From positions 13,454,001-13,518,000 of the forward strand of contig CM060734.1 of assembly GCA_030704615.1 (NCBI GenBank): a DNA stretch of 64,000 bases, written 5' to 3'. Made by a program: the position numbers and the translations under genes. Origin of the DNA: Takakia lepidozioides. Its lineage: Eukaryota > Plantae > Bryophyta. Of this stretch, positions 12,742 to 25,674 are shown one piece after another. How positions within the stretch are numbered: position 1 is the stretch's first letter; each line of letters starts with the position of its first letter. The notes below the pieces were generated by a model. The model did no database searches. It had not been told where the DNA came from and saw only the letters and a list, made by a program, of their open reading frames with translations.

Positions 12742-15700
12742 ATGTTCGGAAAGCTGGTGCTGACGGAGGAAGAAAGAGTGGTGGACGCGGAGCTCGGGTA
12801 CCCGCATGGCTATGCAAAGCTATGCCGACATGCGGCAGTGCAACTGCAAGGCCTGTTCACCCCCTTCACCGAGGGCCCACCTCAACGCTTTCTCCCTTAT
12901 GCTCCCCAGTCTGAAGATGTATGTTTGGGCCTCTACCCTCTCATTCGTTTCGCATGACCGTGCAAGAAGGCTGAGGAAGAAGTAGAAGAAGTTGTTACGT
13001 CCACAGGAGTCCTAGAGGACGCAGCAACAATCAAAACTCATACTTCACCGTTTTTACTCGTTGTTGATTTTTCCCCTCTTCCTATCTGTCTCATTCTCAG
13101 ATTCTCTCAAACTTCTTGGTCACAATAGACTAAAGTGGTGGTTGAGAGTCTGGATACAGCTGAGAATACATCGTTTTGTTCAATGTTTTAGTTGTTCTGG
13201 CATGTCTGCCATCAGCCTGTTATAGAAAACCACAAAATGATATCTCATGAAGGGTTTCGTGCATTTTGTGTGAACAACATATGTTCTAATGCATTTTGGT
13301 GCTTGGTTTCACCTCCGCACGGTTGGTTGTTCTGTTGCTTGGAAATGGCGCACTTTTACTGCACGCTTACCACAATTTACTTAGCTTCCCAACAAGAATT
13401 AAACTGTGCAAGGCGTTTTGACTGATCTATTCAATTCCTACACTAAAGAATCAGGCAAGAAAAGTTGGGATTCTTTCTCTCTCTCACTTATAGCTTGAAT
13501 TTGATTCGGCAATGAACCTCAACAGTAAGATCCAAGAAAGGCCAAGGCTTTCTGCTCTGTCGTGAGCTTTGAAACCTGATGGTCTGTCTGATGCTTTACC
13601 CTGAGTTGCAAGGGATGGCATTGCTAATGTACTTGAATGCGTGGTTTTGAAAACCAGCACCGCATGTGTTGCACTACCACATTAGGAACAGCCATTTCCT
13701 TCTGACCCTTATAACAATGTGAGTCTTTATTGAAATTAGAAGATTGCTTGGAACTAGACTTTTTCAAGAGCCTGTGAAGGGGAAGAGAGGCACTAAGCAG
13801 GACTTTTGCTGTGTCACAGTTCGCAAAGTTGAAGGAATGGGACAGCTTGTTCCCTGTTATTGTGGAAGCTGACAGGGACCCTCCAAATGCCCGCAAGTAT
13901 GCTGAAGAGCTGTGGGAGCAGCTTGACCACCTGGGGTGTGTAATGCATCCATTCTATGTAGATATGGATCAATACGTTTCTCTGAGGAACTACTAGAACT
14001 CCACAGAAAGCATGACCTTATGCTGCCATGTTGATGTTCACTGCCAAGTGAGTTGCTCAAAGTACCTTGAAAGATTGTAACTCCAAAAGTAATGACTCTG
14101 TAATCTACTGAGGGTAGCCAAATCCACAGCCTTAAGGGCGATTGCCATGGATGAAGACAGTCTCATGGACTGTCCCCTCTGAAAGGTGACTATCATGTTT
14201 CCTTTGGGCATTTTCCATTTTGGTGTAGTGATTCTTCACTAGCATTTTGGGTTCTAGGCCACTAGGTTTGAAACTCAGTCTTGAAATTGCTTTGCACAGC
14301 TAGCAGTTATCTGCTTGGGTGTTGATGTAGGGCTGGTATGCACATCCTAGCAGAGCAATAAAAAAGCATTTCAAGAGGGCGAAAGAAAGAACCGATGGGT
14401 TTTGATGTCTGCAGGAGGTCTGGAGGGCCAAAGGACTCAAGCAGAGGTGGAGAGAGAAAGCTCACAGAAACTTGGTATACAGGAATGCAGGGTTTGATCC
14501 AGCAAAGTTCAGAGTGGATGCCTATGGCAATGTGGTGTACCGGCATGCTGATCCCTCCTCTCCCCTTGCCTGGGAAGTTGATCACTGGTTCCCACACTCA
14601 CGTATGTAACTCAGCAACCTTGGCCATTTCAGTGACATTTGGATCCCATTGATGCTCTTGATTCTGTTTGGAATTATTGTGCTCTCCTCACTTTCATCCA
14701 GCTTAAGTTGGAATGGTTACCCCAGAGAAGTCTATGTGCCTTGCCAATCCTGTTTGTGGGAGCAAAACTAAAACTGGATCTTTATTATTGTAGTCGCCCG
14801 GTTACCAAGTTTGTTATCCAACATTGAAAGATAGACATACGGATGTCCAAAGCAGGACAGGATTTGTTACCATGGGCCCTTTCAACACATGCATCATCTT
14901 ATTCCAAACTTGAAGATCTAGAATTGAGATTCAAGCAATACCTTCAACAAATATAACAAGCAAGGAAAAACTTTATACCAAGTAAACTGCTATGCAGCTG
15001 ACCTGATCCCTATAGTATCTACATACATGGAGCTTGAGATCCCTGTTCCTGTCTTCCTTTGTCCAATGGATCGGTAGCTATTTGAATGTAGGAGGGATTG
15101 GATATTCATACTAAATACAGAACCTTTCGGGGCTTGGAATTGGTCATGGAACTTTGAAATTGTGACTATTACCTAATCCTGATAATTACTCACAAGCTTG
15201 CACATGCAGGAGGAGGGCGCACAGTCCTCAGCAACTTACGAGTTGTGCAGTGGCAGGCTAACCAGCGGAAAAAGAACCGTCTTGAATTCTTGGTGCCCTG
15301 GTGGGATCTCCAGCATGGCATCTCCATCAATCAGTTTCTCTCTGCCTTCGCGTCCAAGAATGCTGACTTCAGGTATCATTTTCCGACTTCAGGAGTGATT
15401 TTTCCTGCTTGTTGCAATGATTGTGAAAGCTCAGATCCCCACTGTTTCTGGATATGTTTCCTCATGATCTTTGTCATCAATCTGAGTAAATCTTTAAAAT
15501 ACATCACTATCTTTGTCCAGGGATAGACACAGTCCACAATTATTGATTTCTGGTGCTGTTTGTATCCTGAGATCTATTGAAATGCTGCTGAAATTGTGGG
15601 TCAGTAGTGGTTTACCATGCTTTCAAGTATTGGAGTTTGTCCCTGCTAGACTGGAGGAGAAACAAGGGAATAGGTCTGACTGTCTTGTCCCTGTGAGTAG

Positions 15701-18700
15701 GTCTGAAGTTCATCCAACTCATTACTCCGCTATGTTCCAAGCACATTGGATTACAATTACCTTCCTTCTCTGCAGTGTCCAAATGTCATAGCTCTTTCAG
15801 TGTGAACCATGTCCAATTGCAAATTAACTTTACTCTTACATGTAGCAACATGAATACTCCACTGGGCAGAGAAGTAAACTGCAGAAGTGTGTTGCAGGCG
15901 GCGGTCATTTGCACTGTTCTTTGCTGGGGGAGAGGATGAGAAAGTGGCAAGGGAGCACGTGGGCGAATGTCGTCCATGGCCTCCCAAATTTCGTGAAAAG
16001 AAGGCACAGTGCGGCCTGGCAGCTGCTGCCATTGTCTGTGTTCCCAGGGATAGTGAGGATGCCCTCAGCATGTCAAGGACTGCCATTGCCATTGCCAATT
16101 TTGATGCTCCCCGTGAGTGGATGTTATTATTGATGAGTGCATGAAGTCAATGCTTGCCTTCAACAAATTCAGTTCCCTGTGACTGGATGATTAATGGCTG
16201 TGTGGAAATTTGGGTTGTATGAGAGGGAAAGCTTTGCACCAGGACTATGCCCTCAAGAGCACATCATTGTCAAAGTACATCATTATAGCCTTCGTGCACT
16301 CTCCTCTCTGTGCTCTGATCCTTCTCAGTTTGTCCAGTACATGATCCCAGCACATGCATCCCCCCAATCTACTACACAAGCCATTGTCCTGGACATTCCA
16401 ACTCTTGTCAGTTGTGGCTTTTGACGTACTGCTCAAACTTTGTTTTCTCCGCTTCCAAGTAACCTTGATTGGAGTGGTACCCAGGGTCATCAAGCTTTGT
16501 TTGCTGTAGTGTAGTCCTCCTGTGGACGTTGTAAAGTTCCTTGCTTTGTTTCTCATAGAATCCCTGCTGTTTGTTGTAATTCATCTTTCCCATGTACTTA
16601 CATGGGGATGCAATCTCGGTTTGCGGAAATATCAGCAGCCACACCTGCACGACGACGATGGAGCAGTGAAGAGGAGGAGGCGCTTCGGCGGGCATTACAG
16701 AGGTTTGGACCGGGTTGCTGGAAGGAGATCAAGGAATATGAACCTGCCCTTGTGAATCGCTCCACAGTGCAAATAAAGGACAAGGTAAACTGACCCTACC
16801 CTCCTGGCGTTTTCAATAAAGCAGTTCCAGAAGTGCATCCTGTGCATCCCTGTCTGTCTCCGAATTGAGCTAGTGCAACATTTTGGTGAGTATTTGGTTG
16901 TTCTGATAATGTGTATCATGAGTGGTTGATCCAATGCCTTGTGATAGAATTGTACTTTCTTACATGGAAATGGTCTTTATCCCCCTGCTGTTGTTCATTA
17001 TGCTCGGTGAAGAGATGTGATAGGCATGGTGATATACTGTGCAGTTTCGGTTGATGAGAGGGGACTGGCAATTCGGCAAGGAGAATAATGCTAGCACACC
17101 TAGGGTCAATGGCCGGTGTGATCAACTGGAATGGCAGTCAGCTGCCACAACCACTACCCTACAAAAGGTAGACACCTCACATGCAGGGGTTTCAACAACT
17201 CAGTTTATTGTTCACTCAATTTTTGTGCATTTGTTCAACAATGGTGTTTTGTTGCTTAATGTCTTTTCATCCTGGTGGTTCATTTGTCCAGAGTTTTCGA
17301 ATATGTATCCGTTGATCTGTAGCTAGCACAGAATACCCATAGAATAAATGCTCCTCTTGGAGCAGGCTGTGGTCATTCAGAACGTCTGCGTTGAAGGATG
17401 TGTTTTAAAAGTGTGCTACATCATGGGCAAATGAGTGGAACGTGAGATCACCTTCAGATCTTCATCTCTCAGTCTGTTCGTTGAGATAAGGGACTCTTCT
17501 TAGACATTCTTGAACTGCACATGAAATTTCAGAGCAAATAAGTTTGATGTTGCATCACCCAATGTGGAAAGTGACACATGGGGATAATCTGGGATGCTAT
17601 TCAGGAGCTGCGTATTAAGATAATGAGAGAAGAGGAGAAGAGGGAGAAAGAGGAGGGAATTGCGCAGCTGGAGGAAACGGTGTGCACACTGAAGCAACAG
17701 AATGAGAAAGAGAGAGTGGCCTTGCTGGACCTTGAGGTTGTGCTATCAAAGCACAGACAGCGTGTTGAGAAACAGCGGCTTTGGGCAGAGACTCAGTCTT
17801 CGTACCGACTATGCCTGGAGTGGATGATCCGTGACACGATGCATCAGTATGCCTAAGTCTCCTCCCTGCTCTTGTTGCTACTATTTTCTTTGCCTCTCTC
17901 CTTGGTCCATAGGCCCATCGGGCTTGCCTGGGACATGATTAAATTTGCTTATCTTCTCTTGATCCCAGTGGGACACCTGTGTACGCCAGAACCCTCCTTC
18001 CTTTGGATTCAATTTGTGTTTTCTAGTATGATGTCAATTCTACCCCTTGACTCCAACTTTTGTACTGTGTGAGTAGTGGGTTCATGGTCAATATGGCCAT
18101 TCAGAGCTGAGATTCATAGTCTGGGTGGGTTGTATGGCTGGCTCAAGGAGGATTAGGATGCTGCATTATACCGAAAGAGAGTCATCAATGGGTACATATC
18201 CCCAAACGTGTATGTCACAGTCCAATGTATTGGACGAAGTAATCTTATTTTCCGGAGAGACTCAGAATCTAACTTTCCAATTTACACAGGAGCATCTCAT
18301 ACAAGGAGCAAGCTCGCTTAAACCAAGCAGCTTGCAATGCCCTCATGGCTCGCCTTGACTGCCAGAAGATGACTTGCAATGCGGCTGAGAAAGACCTTCT
18401 CCAACGCTACTCCCAAAGAGAGGCCTTAGCAGCTCTGGCTTGCTCTGACCTGCCTGAGACAACACACAACCAGCTGCTGCAGGGGAGGGACATTGTGGAT
18501 GTCAGCAGCCGTTTGCTGCATTCAACTGCAAATGAGGGCCAGGTTGTAGGCGACATGGTATTCCTCGCAGGAGATGGGGATGGTCAGTCCTGCTGTGATA
18601 GTGATGGTGAAATGGCTAATGAAGCGAACTGTCTCCAGATGGACCAGTGCCAGTCGCAATATTTACTTCAAGAGAAGAAACAAGTGCTTCAGGAGTGTTC

Positions 18701-21700
18701 AGCTGATGAACAGATTAAAGGTAGTGCCCGAACTTCCACAAATTGTCACAATATCACTTCATTGCTTCATAAATCGTATTGCCGAAATCAAGTATTCGAG
18801 GAAGGTTAAGGATAAGGTCAAGTGCTTCTGCATTTCCAGTGTTGGAGTGTACGAACCCGGCTGCAAACTCAACACCTTTGGGTCTGCTAGCCTCTGAAAG
18901 GGGTAGAGTCAGCCAAAAAGATGGCCGTCTATTGTAAGTTGCTCTTCAAAGGTTCTCACCTCCTCACAGAAGGTACCACTGTGGCCAATAAAGAAGGCTT
19001 TGGCCTAGAGGAATCATAGTTGAAGTGGAAATGGTCTGCACTAGCTGGCCTTGTGCCAGCCTTGAAAGACTATTAAACATGCAAAGTCTTAGCACAAACA
19101 ATCAACTTTATCACAACTACTAAACATCTCACCTGACCTGCTGCAGAGGAAATGCAGAAAGATAGGATTCCAGGAGTCCACGTATCAGAATTAACTCTAA
19201 AGGATGATTTTAAACCTTCAGGCCGAGTGGAGAAAGGGGTGGATGCAACAGAGACCCCAAAGAGGGACTTAGGGCATGAGGCAGATGCTGAGGTCCAGAA
19301 TGTATCTTATGTTGACAAGGAGACAGGTGAGAAACCAATATTACCTTGAGAAATGGGTTCTCTGGCTGCTATGATCCAAAGTACTTGCTGTTGGTTTTTT
19401 GTGACACTTGATTTTATTAACTACTAGAAGTTTCTTCTTGTGCAACAAGTGGTTCCCTCTTCATCCTCTCTTGGTTCCCAGCCATGTCTTTGCTGCTTCT
19501 TTAGTCTTTGAAACATTCATGATACAACATGATAGGAAGTGTGTAGATGACCTCTTATGTGACCAACTTGGGATTGTTCAGAAAGCCCAGAAGAGAGTGG
19601 GTGCGCTGATGAAGAGGAGAGCCATGACTACTGCAAGGTCCGTGATTCTCGGGATGAAGGGGTTGCGGAGGTGGCAGAAGCCAGTGATCCAAGCAATAGA
19701 GAGGGTGTTACAGGAGAAGCCAACACAGGGAAGAGGAGTGATGGAGCTGACCTCGATGTTGTGCTTGTTGGTTATGAGTATGCTGGCCATGGCCTAGCCA
19801 CTCAAGCAGGGGAAGACAGATCTCTTCCAAAGGCTGGCAATCTTTGGTCGGGTTCCAAGCAAGAGCACGTGATGATTGTAGAGCCTCTGAAGGGAGGAGT
19901 TATAGAGGACAGTGGCCCCCTACGTAGGGAAGAAGAACACTTGGATGAATTGCTACATGAGGTCAGCCATCGAACCCTCTCTCTCTTCTCTTTCATGTTT
20001 TCTTCCATTTTGTCCCATAAGCTCTATGAGCTTTCCGTGGACGTTATAAAGCACCATTTCATTTCATTTCATTTCTCTTCTTTGTTATAAAAGGAAAGGG
20101 GTCCACCTCAGACCAAACTTTACCAGAAAAACCTCTTCATGTTGTGCCTCGGCACTGGCTATGACTTTTGAAACAAACTCGCTCGAATCACAGTTCAGAC
20201 TGGCAGGATGTTCCACACTCTGTTTTGGCTTGGGAAGGTACCCTGGTGTGAGGAGATACTGAAACTGGAGATTCTTGCTGTCTCTTTTTCCCCTTGCATG
20301 TTTCTTTTCTCTTTCGTTGCCTACTTTCTTAATTTCGCTCTCAGCTTTTCTGTGGACAATTTCTTTTCCTATACCTATCTAACTGTATACAAATATGCAA
20401 TTTTGCTTTCTTGCTCTGGTTTGCTCTGGTTTTGTTTCCCGTCTCTTGTTTTTTTTCCCATTATGTCCCATAAGCTCTTTGAGCTTTCCGCGGACGTTAT
20501 AAAGCACCATTTCATTTCATTTTATTTCTCTTTCTTGAAGAAAATACTCATTTAAGAATCCTTGCAGGTTTTGACCACTCATGTGCAGAGAATACGGAGG
20601 GCTGAAGCTGCGACACAGAACTCAACTGACGATGAAAAAATAAGGCAGATTGGCAAGATCAATTTGGACAAGTGGCTTCATGTCCTGCTTCACAAGGAAT
20701 CATCAGGGGAGTCAAATGGTGCGTCTCCACCTCCAGACAGTCCTCTGCATCTAGTCCTCTCACCAGCACTGTCAACACTTAGCATGGCTGCAGTACGTGG
20801 GAGCATGGAACTGGAGGTGGGCCGAGATCAGGTAACCACAACCACCTGAACATGCGCGTATTTTCACACAAAATCTATAGATTTAATTATGGCTTTTTAT
20901 CTTCGGTTACTCATCCTGCTATGTGCATAGTGGAGCACTCATGAAAAATCTTTTGTGGAGGGGAGTTGATTAGAGACAAATTCGCTCATGAACATTGGTT
21001 ATTGACTGTATTTTAGGAAGGGGAGCCAGGAAGAGCCATGAGTTTTTGGTCACTTTGTCACTTAGTTTCTTACACTGATGTGTATCCAGGAATTCATGAA
21101 GAGAGATGACAATCTGGAGAGGCCCAAGGGCATGTGGGGAGGATTGCTACGGAAGTTGAGCATGAAGCAGCAGTCAGAACAGAGCTTGTCCAAACAACTA
21201 GATGAAGAGATGGATGAGGAACCCCCTAAACCACGTACAAAAAGCAGGGTGGATCTCCAGGAGGTACTCAATTCTTTGGAACAAATCAGTTTGAGTGATG
21301 ACAAGCCACACAATTTGGAGCCCAAGGCATTTGAATCAAGGAATCCACGAACAGGAGTGAGCCCTCCAGAAAGGGAGAAGAAGATCCCTGAATCTGTAAA
21401 AAACTGGCCAGAAGGTGGGGTCAACAAGCATGCAGGACCAACTGAGTACTGGCACAAACAGACAGTCAAGGAAGCTGAGGTTTTCCCAAGTGCAGAGGCT
21501 AAATTATCTGGCGGAGTTGTTACAGATGTCTTGGACAACCATATTTGCATTGTAGAAAATGCCTCATCAATACCTGCCTCTGATGACGAGGAAAAGCTCG
21601 AAACCGAAAGCATGAACAGCAGCAATCAGGATGTGTACTTCCAGATGCTGGATAAGGACCCAGGTAAGAATGCACTCCGAGCATCCCTTAAAGCATGTAC

Positions 21701-21770
21701 GCTTGTGTGGAAAAAGGCAGTAAAGAAATTAGAAACCCGAATTCAAGAGGGACTTGCACCTTTTGAGTAA
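12742..21770 (+). CDS. Plant HNH-endonuclease-domain protein with TRF/telobox-like Myb repeat and coiled coil; 13 exons: 12742-12918, 13820-13935, 14483-14601, 15210-15372, 15898-16112, 16636-16784, 17045-17167, 17605-17846, 18290-18720, 19147-19326, 19582-19961, 20568-20831, 21090-21770
   Basis: The spliced product is in frame: LGYPHGYAKLCR...LWEQLDHLGNAGFDPAKFRVDAYGNV...WEVDHWFPHSRGGRTVLSNLRVVQWQANQRKKN (HNH), RRRWSSEEEEALRRALQRFGPGCWKEI...RSTVQIKDK (Myb), then coiled coil SYKEQARLNQAACNALMARL. Confidence 0.9.
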
Positions 21771-22309
21771 GATTCTTTTGTATCAACACCCACGCCAGTA
21801 TGAACTATCTGGAAGGGTCAAAAGTTTTATATTCTAGCATTTAAAGAAGTGATCTGTTGGTTGATTACTGTGATCTGCAGTGTATACGTAATTTCTTCAA
21901 TGGGATCACTGCACATACGCATGGGCAACCATGATATGGAAAGGGAAGAGTTACACATCTGTGACAATACTTATGGTTCCTTGCACCTTTCTTTTATCAG
22001 GACAAGATCAATAGGAGGGTCAGGGACTGCCAAAATAGTAATCCATGTCAGAAGTTGTTTGACACTATCCAGGGTGTGATGGCGAAATGATGAGGAAATC
22101 CCCATCAACTGGTGCTAGTGCCCATTTCAGAGAGCCCACCCCCAACATAAAGTGGCTCTTAGTTACGCTGGCTTTGGCAGGACTCTCTCTTCCCTCTCTC
22201 TCTGCAACTTTTTTTTTTTTTTTTAATGAACATGGGACAGAGGCCCCGGAAATATATTAAAACTTTGAATGTCTCCATCCAGTTTCTAGTCTCTTCGAAT
22301 TCACAAAGA

Positions 22310-23900
22310 TAATCAGAAAGGATCGTATGATTCTTGACAACATCCTACTAGCACATGAGGCCCTACACAGAGCACAGGTGAATTTGAGAAGGCATCATAG
22401 ATTGGAAAAGACAAGGCTTGGGGGTCCATTTCTTTCTTGGGTTCACATCTTGCTACACTCGGCTTCCAGCAGAGTAATGGTGAATGGTGTGGTCTCCTAT
22501 TTCCAGATCGGTTAGACAGGGCTGCCCTTTGGCCCCATTTCCTTTTCTAATAGCTGCGGATTCGCTGGGACACCTACTTGACCATTGCACCTGCCAACAT
22601 TCATACCAGAGATGTACGTAGATGACACTGTTTTGCTACTTGACAATTCCACTTGGAGCAATATTGATAGGGCTCTACATGATAGGGCCCTATTATGGAA
22701 AATGTCAATAGGCATTATGTCCCTGTTGCAAGTTGGTTCAGGGGTGGCACACTGTCAATCGTGGGGAGCAGACATTGGGAAACCCAGACATTGGGAAACC
22801 CACATTCTGCTTGGCCATGAGATGGACTTAAACATGACGCAGGATGAGGGAGGTGCTTGCAAAATATAAAAGGAAACTAGCATTCTGGGAGGACCCTCGT
22901 CGCAAACCAGATTCTGCAGGCCTCATTATGGTTCTTCGCTGCTGTTTGGAACCCATACTCACACGCAATTTTATTTGGGGAACCACCCAAACAACAAACA
23001 ACACAGGTGAGAAGGGCACACAGATGGTGAGAAGGGCACACAGATCCTGGGATCAATTGTGCCAGAAGAAAAGCCGGGGTGGTCTAGGAATCATTGACCC
23101 TGGAGCTCAGATAAAGGCTCTGTTAGCAAAATGGATCCCTAGGGCCATCACTCATAGGAATTCCCCCTGGAGCAAGCTCATTCAACCTTATCTAGTGGGC
23201 TCAGTGCCTCAATCTCTCAGATGGATTGTTCAAGCAAAAAACGCTAGGGTGACACTTGGCTCTAGGCCTTGGCAATCTATCTGGAGAGCATGGCAAAGCA
23301 TCAGCGGTAACTTACCCAAAGGATGCCAGGCAACCGGCAGGAATGTCTTCGGCAACCCCTCTTTGCGAACTACAACATGGACTCCGGTGATTTACTCGTG
23401 CAAACCCCCAGAAGGGCATTCTGGGAAGGGCAGGGTTTCACCCACATTGCAGCCATGCGCTCTGGAGAAAATTTCCTTACAGAAGAGACCATATCAGGAA
23501 CCTTCGGTAAAATGAGATCCAAGGCCTGGGGCACACTACTGATCTCATCTCGAAGTTGCTGGATTTGCTGACTGCTGACTTTGCATTCCCACCAATTGCA
23601 TGAAGGATTGCATCCTTGATTCTATGGCTGACTCCTTGGCCATTTCCTCAAACCTGGGATCTTGGGAATCTTGTTTTTGCCCCCTCCTTGGTGGCATCTT
23701 GTCCTACAGGGTAATTCAGACCTTACCCTCAGTCCTAGGAGATCTCCAACTCAAGCTCGGATAATAATTCTGTCCCATACTTGCTGGGTAAGGACTTCAC
23801 ACAATGCTTTGCAAGCAAAGGCATCTGTTCCATGGAAGAGAGAAATGACAAGGAGAGACCCGAAGCTCTCTTGAAGATCCCTATTTAACCATGTTTGCCA
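22310..23900 (+). mobile_element. Degenerate L1-type LINE ORF2 (reverse transcriptase) fragment
   Basis: ILDNILLAHE, SSRVMVNG, RQGCPLAP-like, MYVDDT (YxDD), SWDQLCQKKSRGGLGI...KALLAKW; many stops and frameshifts. Confidence 0.8.
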
Positions 23901-25674
23901 AGCTCCTTCATGGAAGCTTCATAGGAAACTTACAAACCTCCTTCTAGAATTTTCCTAACCTCATCATGTTATTTCAGAAGCTTCTAACCTATTGTAAGGG
24001 AACTTCAGCAGATCCTTCCTTGATATTTCCTGCTACAGTAACCCTAATGCCTGACAGCAGCAGCAAATTATTACACAAGATAGGGCCCCAGCTGAAACCG
24101 TATATGCAACGCCAGAGAGGGGGATGGGAGGCTTGCAGCTGTGTCTTGAGCTTCTCGAACTGAGGAAACAAAAGCGCAGAGTGTCTATATCTTGGCCATC
24201 TTGTCCAAAGCTCAGACCTGCGGATTCGTAATTTCTCAGCTCAGCTATTATCTGTTCAAGGTATGCAGTCTCCTGACTTTGATCTTCAATGTAGGCCTTT
24301 CGTTACAATTGTTCATCAAAGGCTGTGAAGAAGCTCAGTCCAGATTTGTGCTGGTGGCTTCAGCTCCTTCACTTTGCAGCAACATTCCTTCTGCGGCCTT
24401 CCAAAACTTGGCCTCCAGCACCTCCTCTGACTTGTCAAGGAGGTCCTCTCAATTATTGTGAGGACTTCCCTCTTCTGCTACACAGTGGCCTGACAAGTAG
24501 GTGGTGCTTATGAGGGTCAAGGTCAATTTCACAAACCTCACCTCCTCCATTCCAGCCAACTAAAACCACCATCTCACCTAAAGTTGTCTCTTCTCTGTGC
24601 CTTAATGTGGCCACCGATCTCAGCCAAACTCTTGCAGTTTTGGAGGAGGCTACCAGGATTGGTCTTATGGACATTGAGGTATGGCTTCGAAGCTATTGCC
24701 ATGTTGGGATTGTCCACTGATTAAGCAGATCCACAGGGCAATGTAGATCTTTTCACCAATGAGTACATATCCCCCCCCTGGCTTTGCAAGGTGAGGCTCC
24801 CGGCTGCAATATTGGGAGAATTGAACTGCCAGGTATAAGGGGGAAGGACTGTGATTTCTTCTTCCCTCCCCTGGAACCACTGATATGGCACAGCCTCTAG
24901 TCGATAGAACAACATAGGTAAGGGAAGTCGGCAAAACAGATCTGTACTTCAGGAATACTTGGATGACCAGTTTTCCATTTGAGTTGGTCATCTTCTCCTC
25001 CCTCAAAGCGTCAGTGTTAGAGGCTTTTCCCACACGATCACTCCCAGAGCCAGTTGTGGGTTGTGCCTACCAGGGAAGATAGACTCAACCGGAAATGGCA
25101 ATAGCACTCAAACACAACCAAGCGTGATGCCGCGAGAGTTTGCAAGCTCTTCTGTGTCGCCTTTCTTGCACAGGACAATGACTCCTTGTCTCCAACAAAA
25201 GGGAATCACTTCAGTCTGCCAAATAAGTTTAAAGAGAAGGGCAAGCGCCTCTACCATAGGGTCACCACCATAGTTCATTAGCTCGGTGACATGCCATCAG
25301 GTCCACCTGCTTTATAGCTGCTTAGATGCTTTACAGCTTCCACGACCTAAGAAGAACTAATGGGCGCATTGTATCCCTTTGTGATATACTCCAGTTCATC
25401 AGGCTGTCTTGGAATATAGGAACAGTTTTTTCTACTGTGTCCTTTCATTCTTTAGAAGGCCCCTCACTATTAGTGTCAGAATCACGGCCAAGAAGTCTAT
25501 AGTGTGTTTCAAAGGTTTTGACGATGTCAGGCCGTTGAAGTCACCACTGCACCCTTATTATTCCTTAAAGCCTGTACTTGCTGGCCATTTTTCCGCCTGT
25601 ACAAACGCCGTGAGGCCAACCAGACTCTCTTATCATTACCACCATGGTGGTTCAAGTTATCGTCTCCATACAAG

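Noticed and set aside
23900-25300. Possible additional minus-strand LINE ORF1/endonuclease remnants (also 1400-2930 and 27900-29200)
   Set aside because: Only faint motif hints; too degenerate to call without a profile search.
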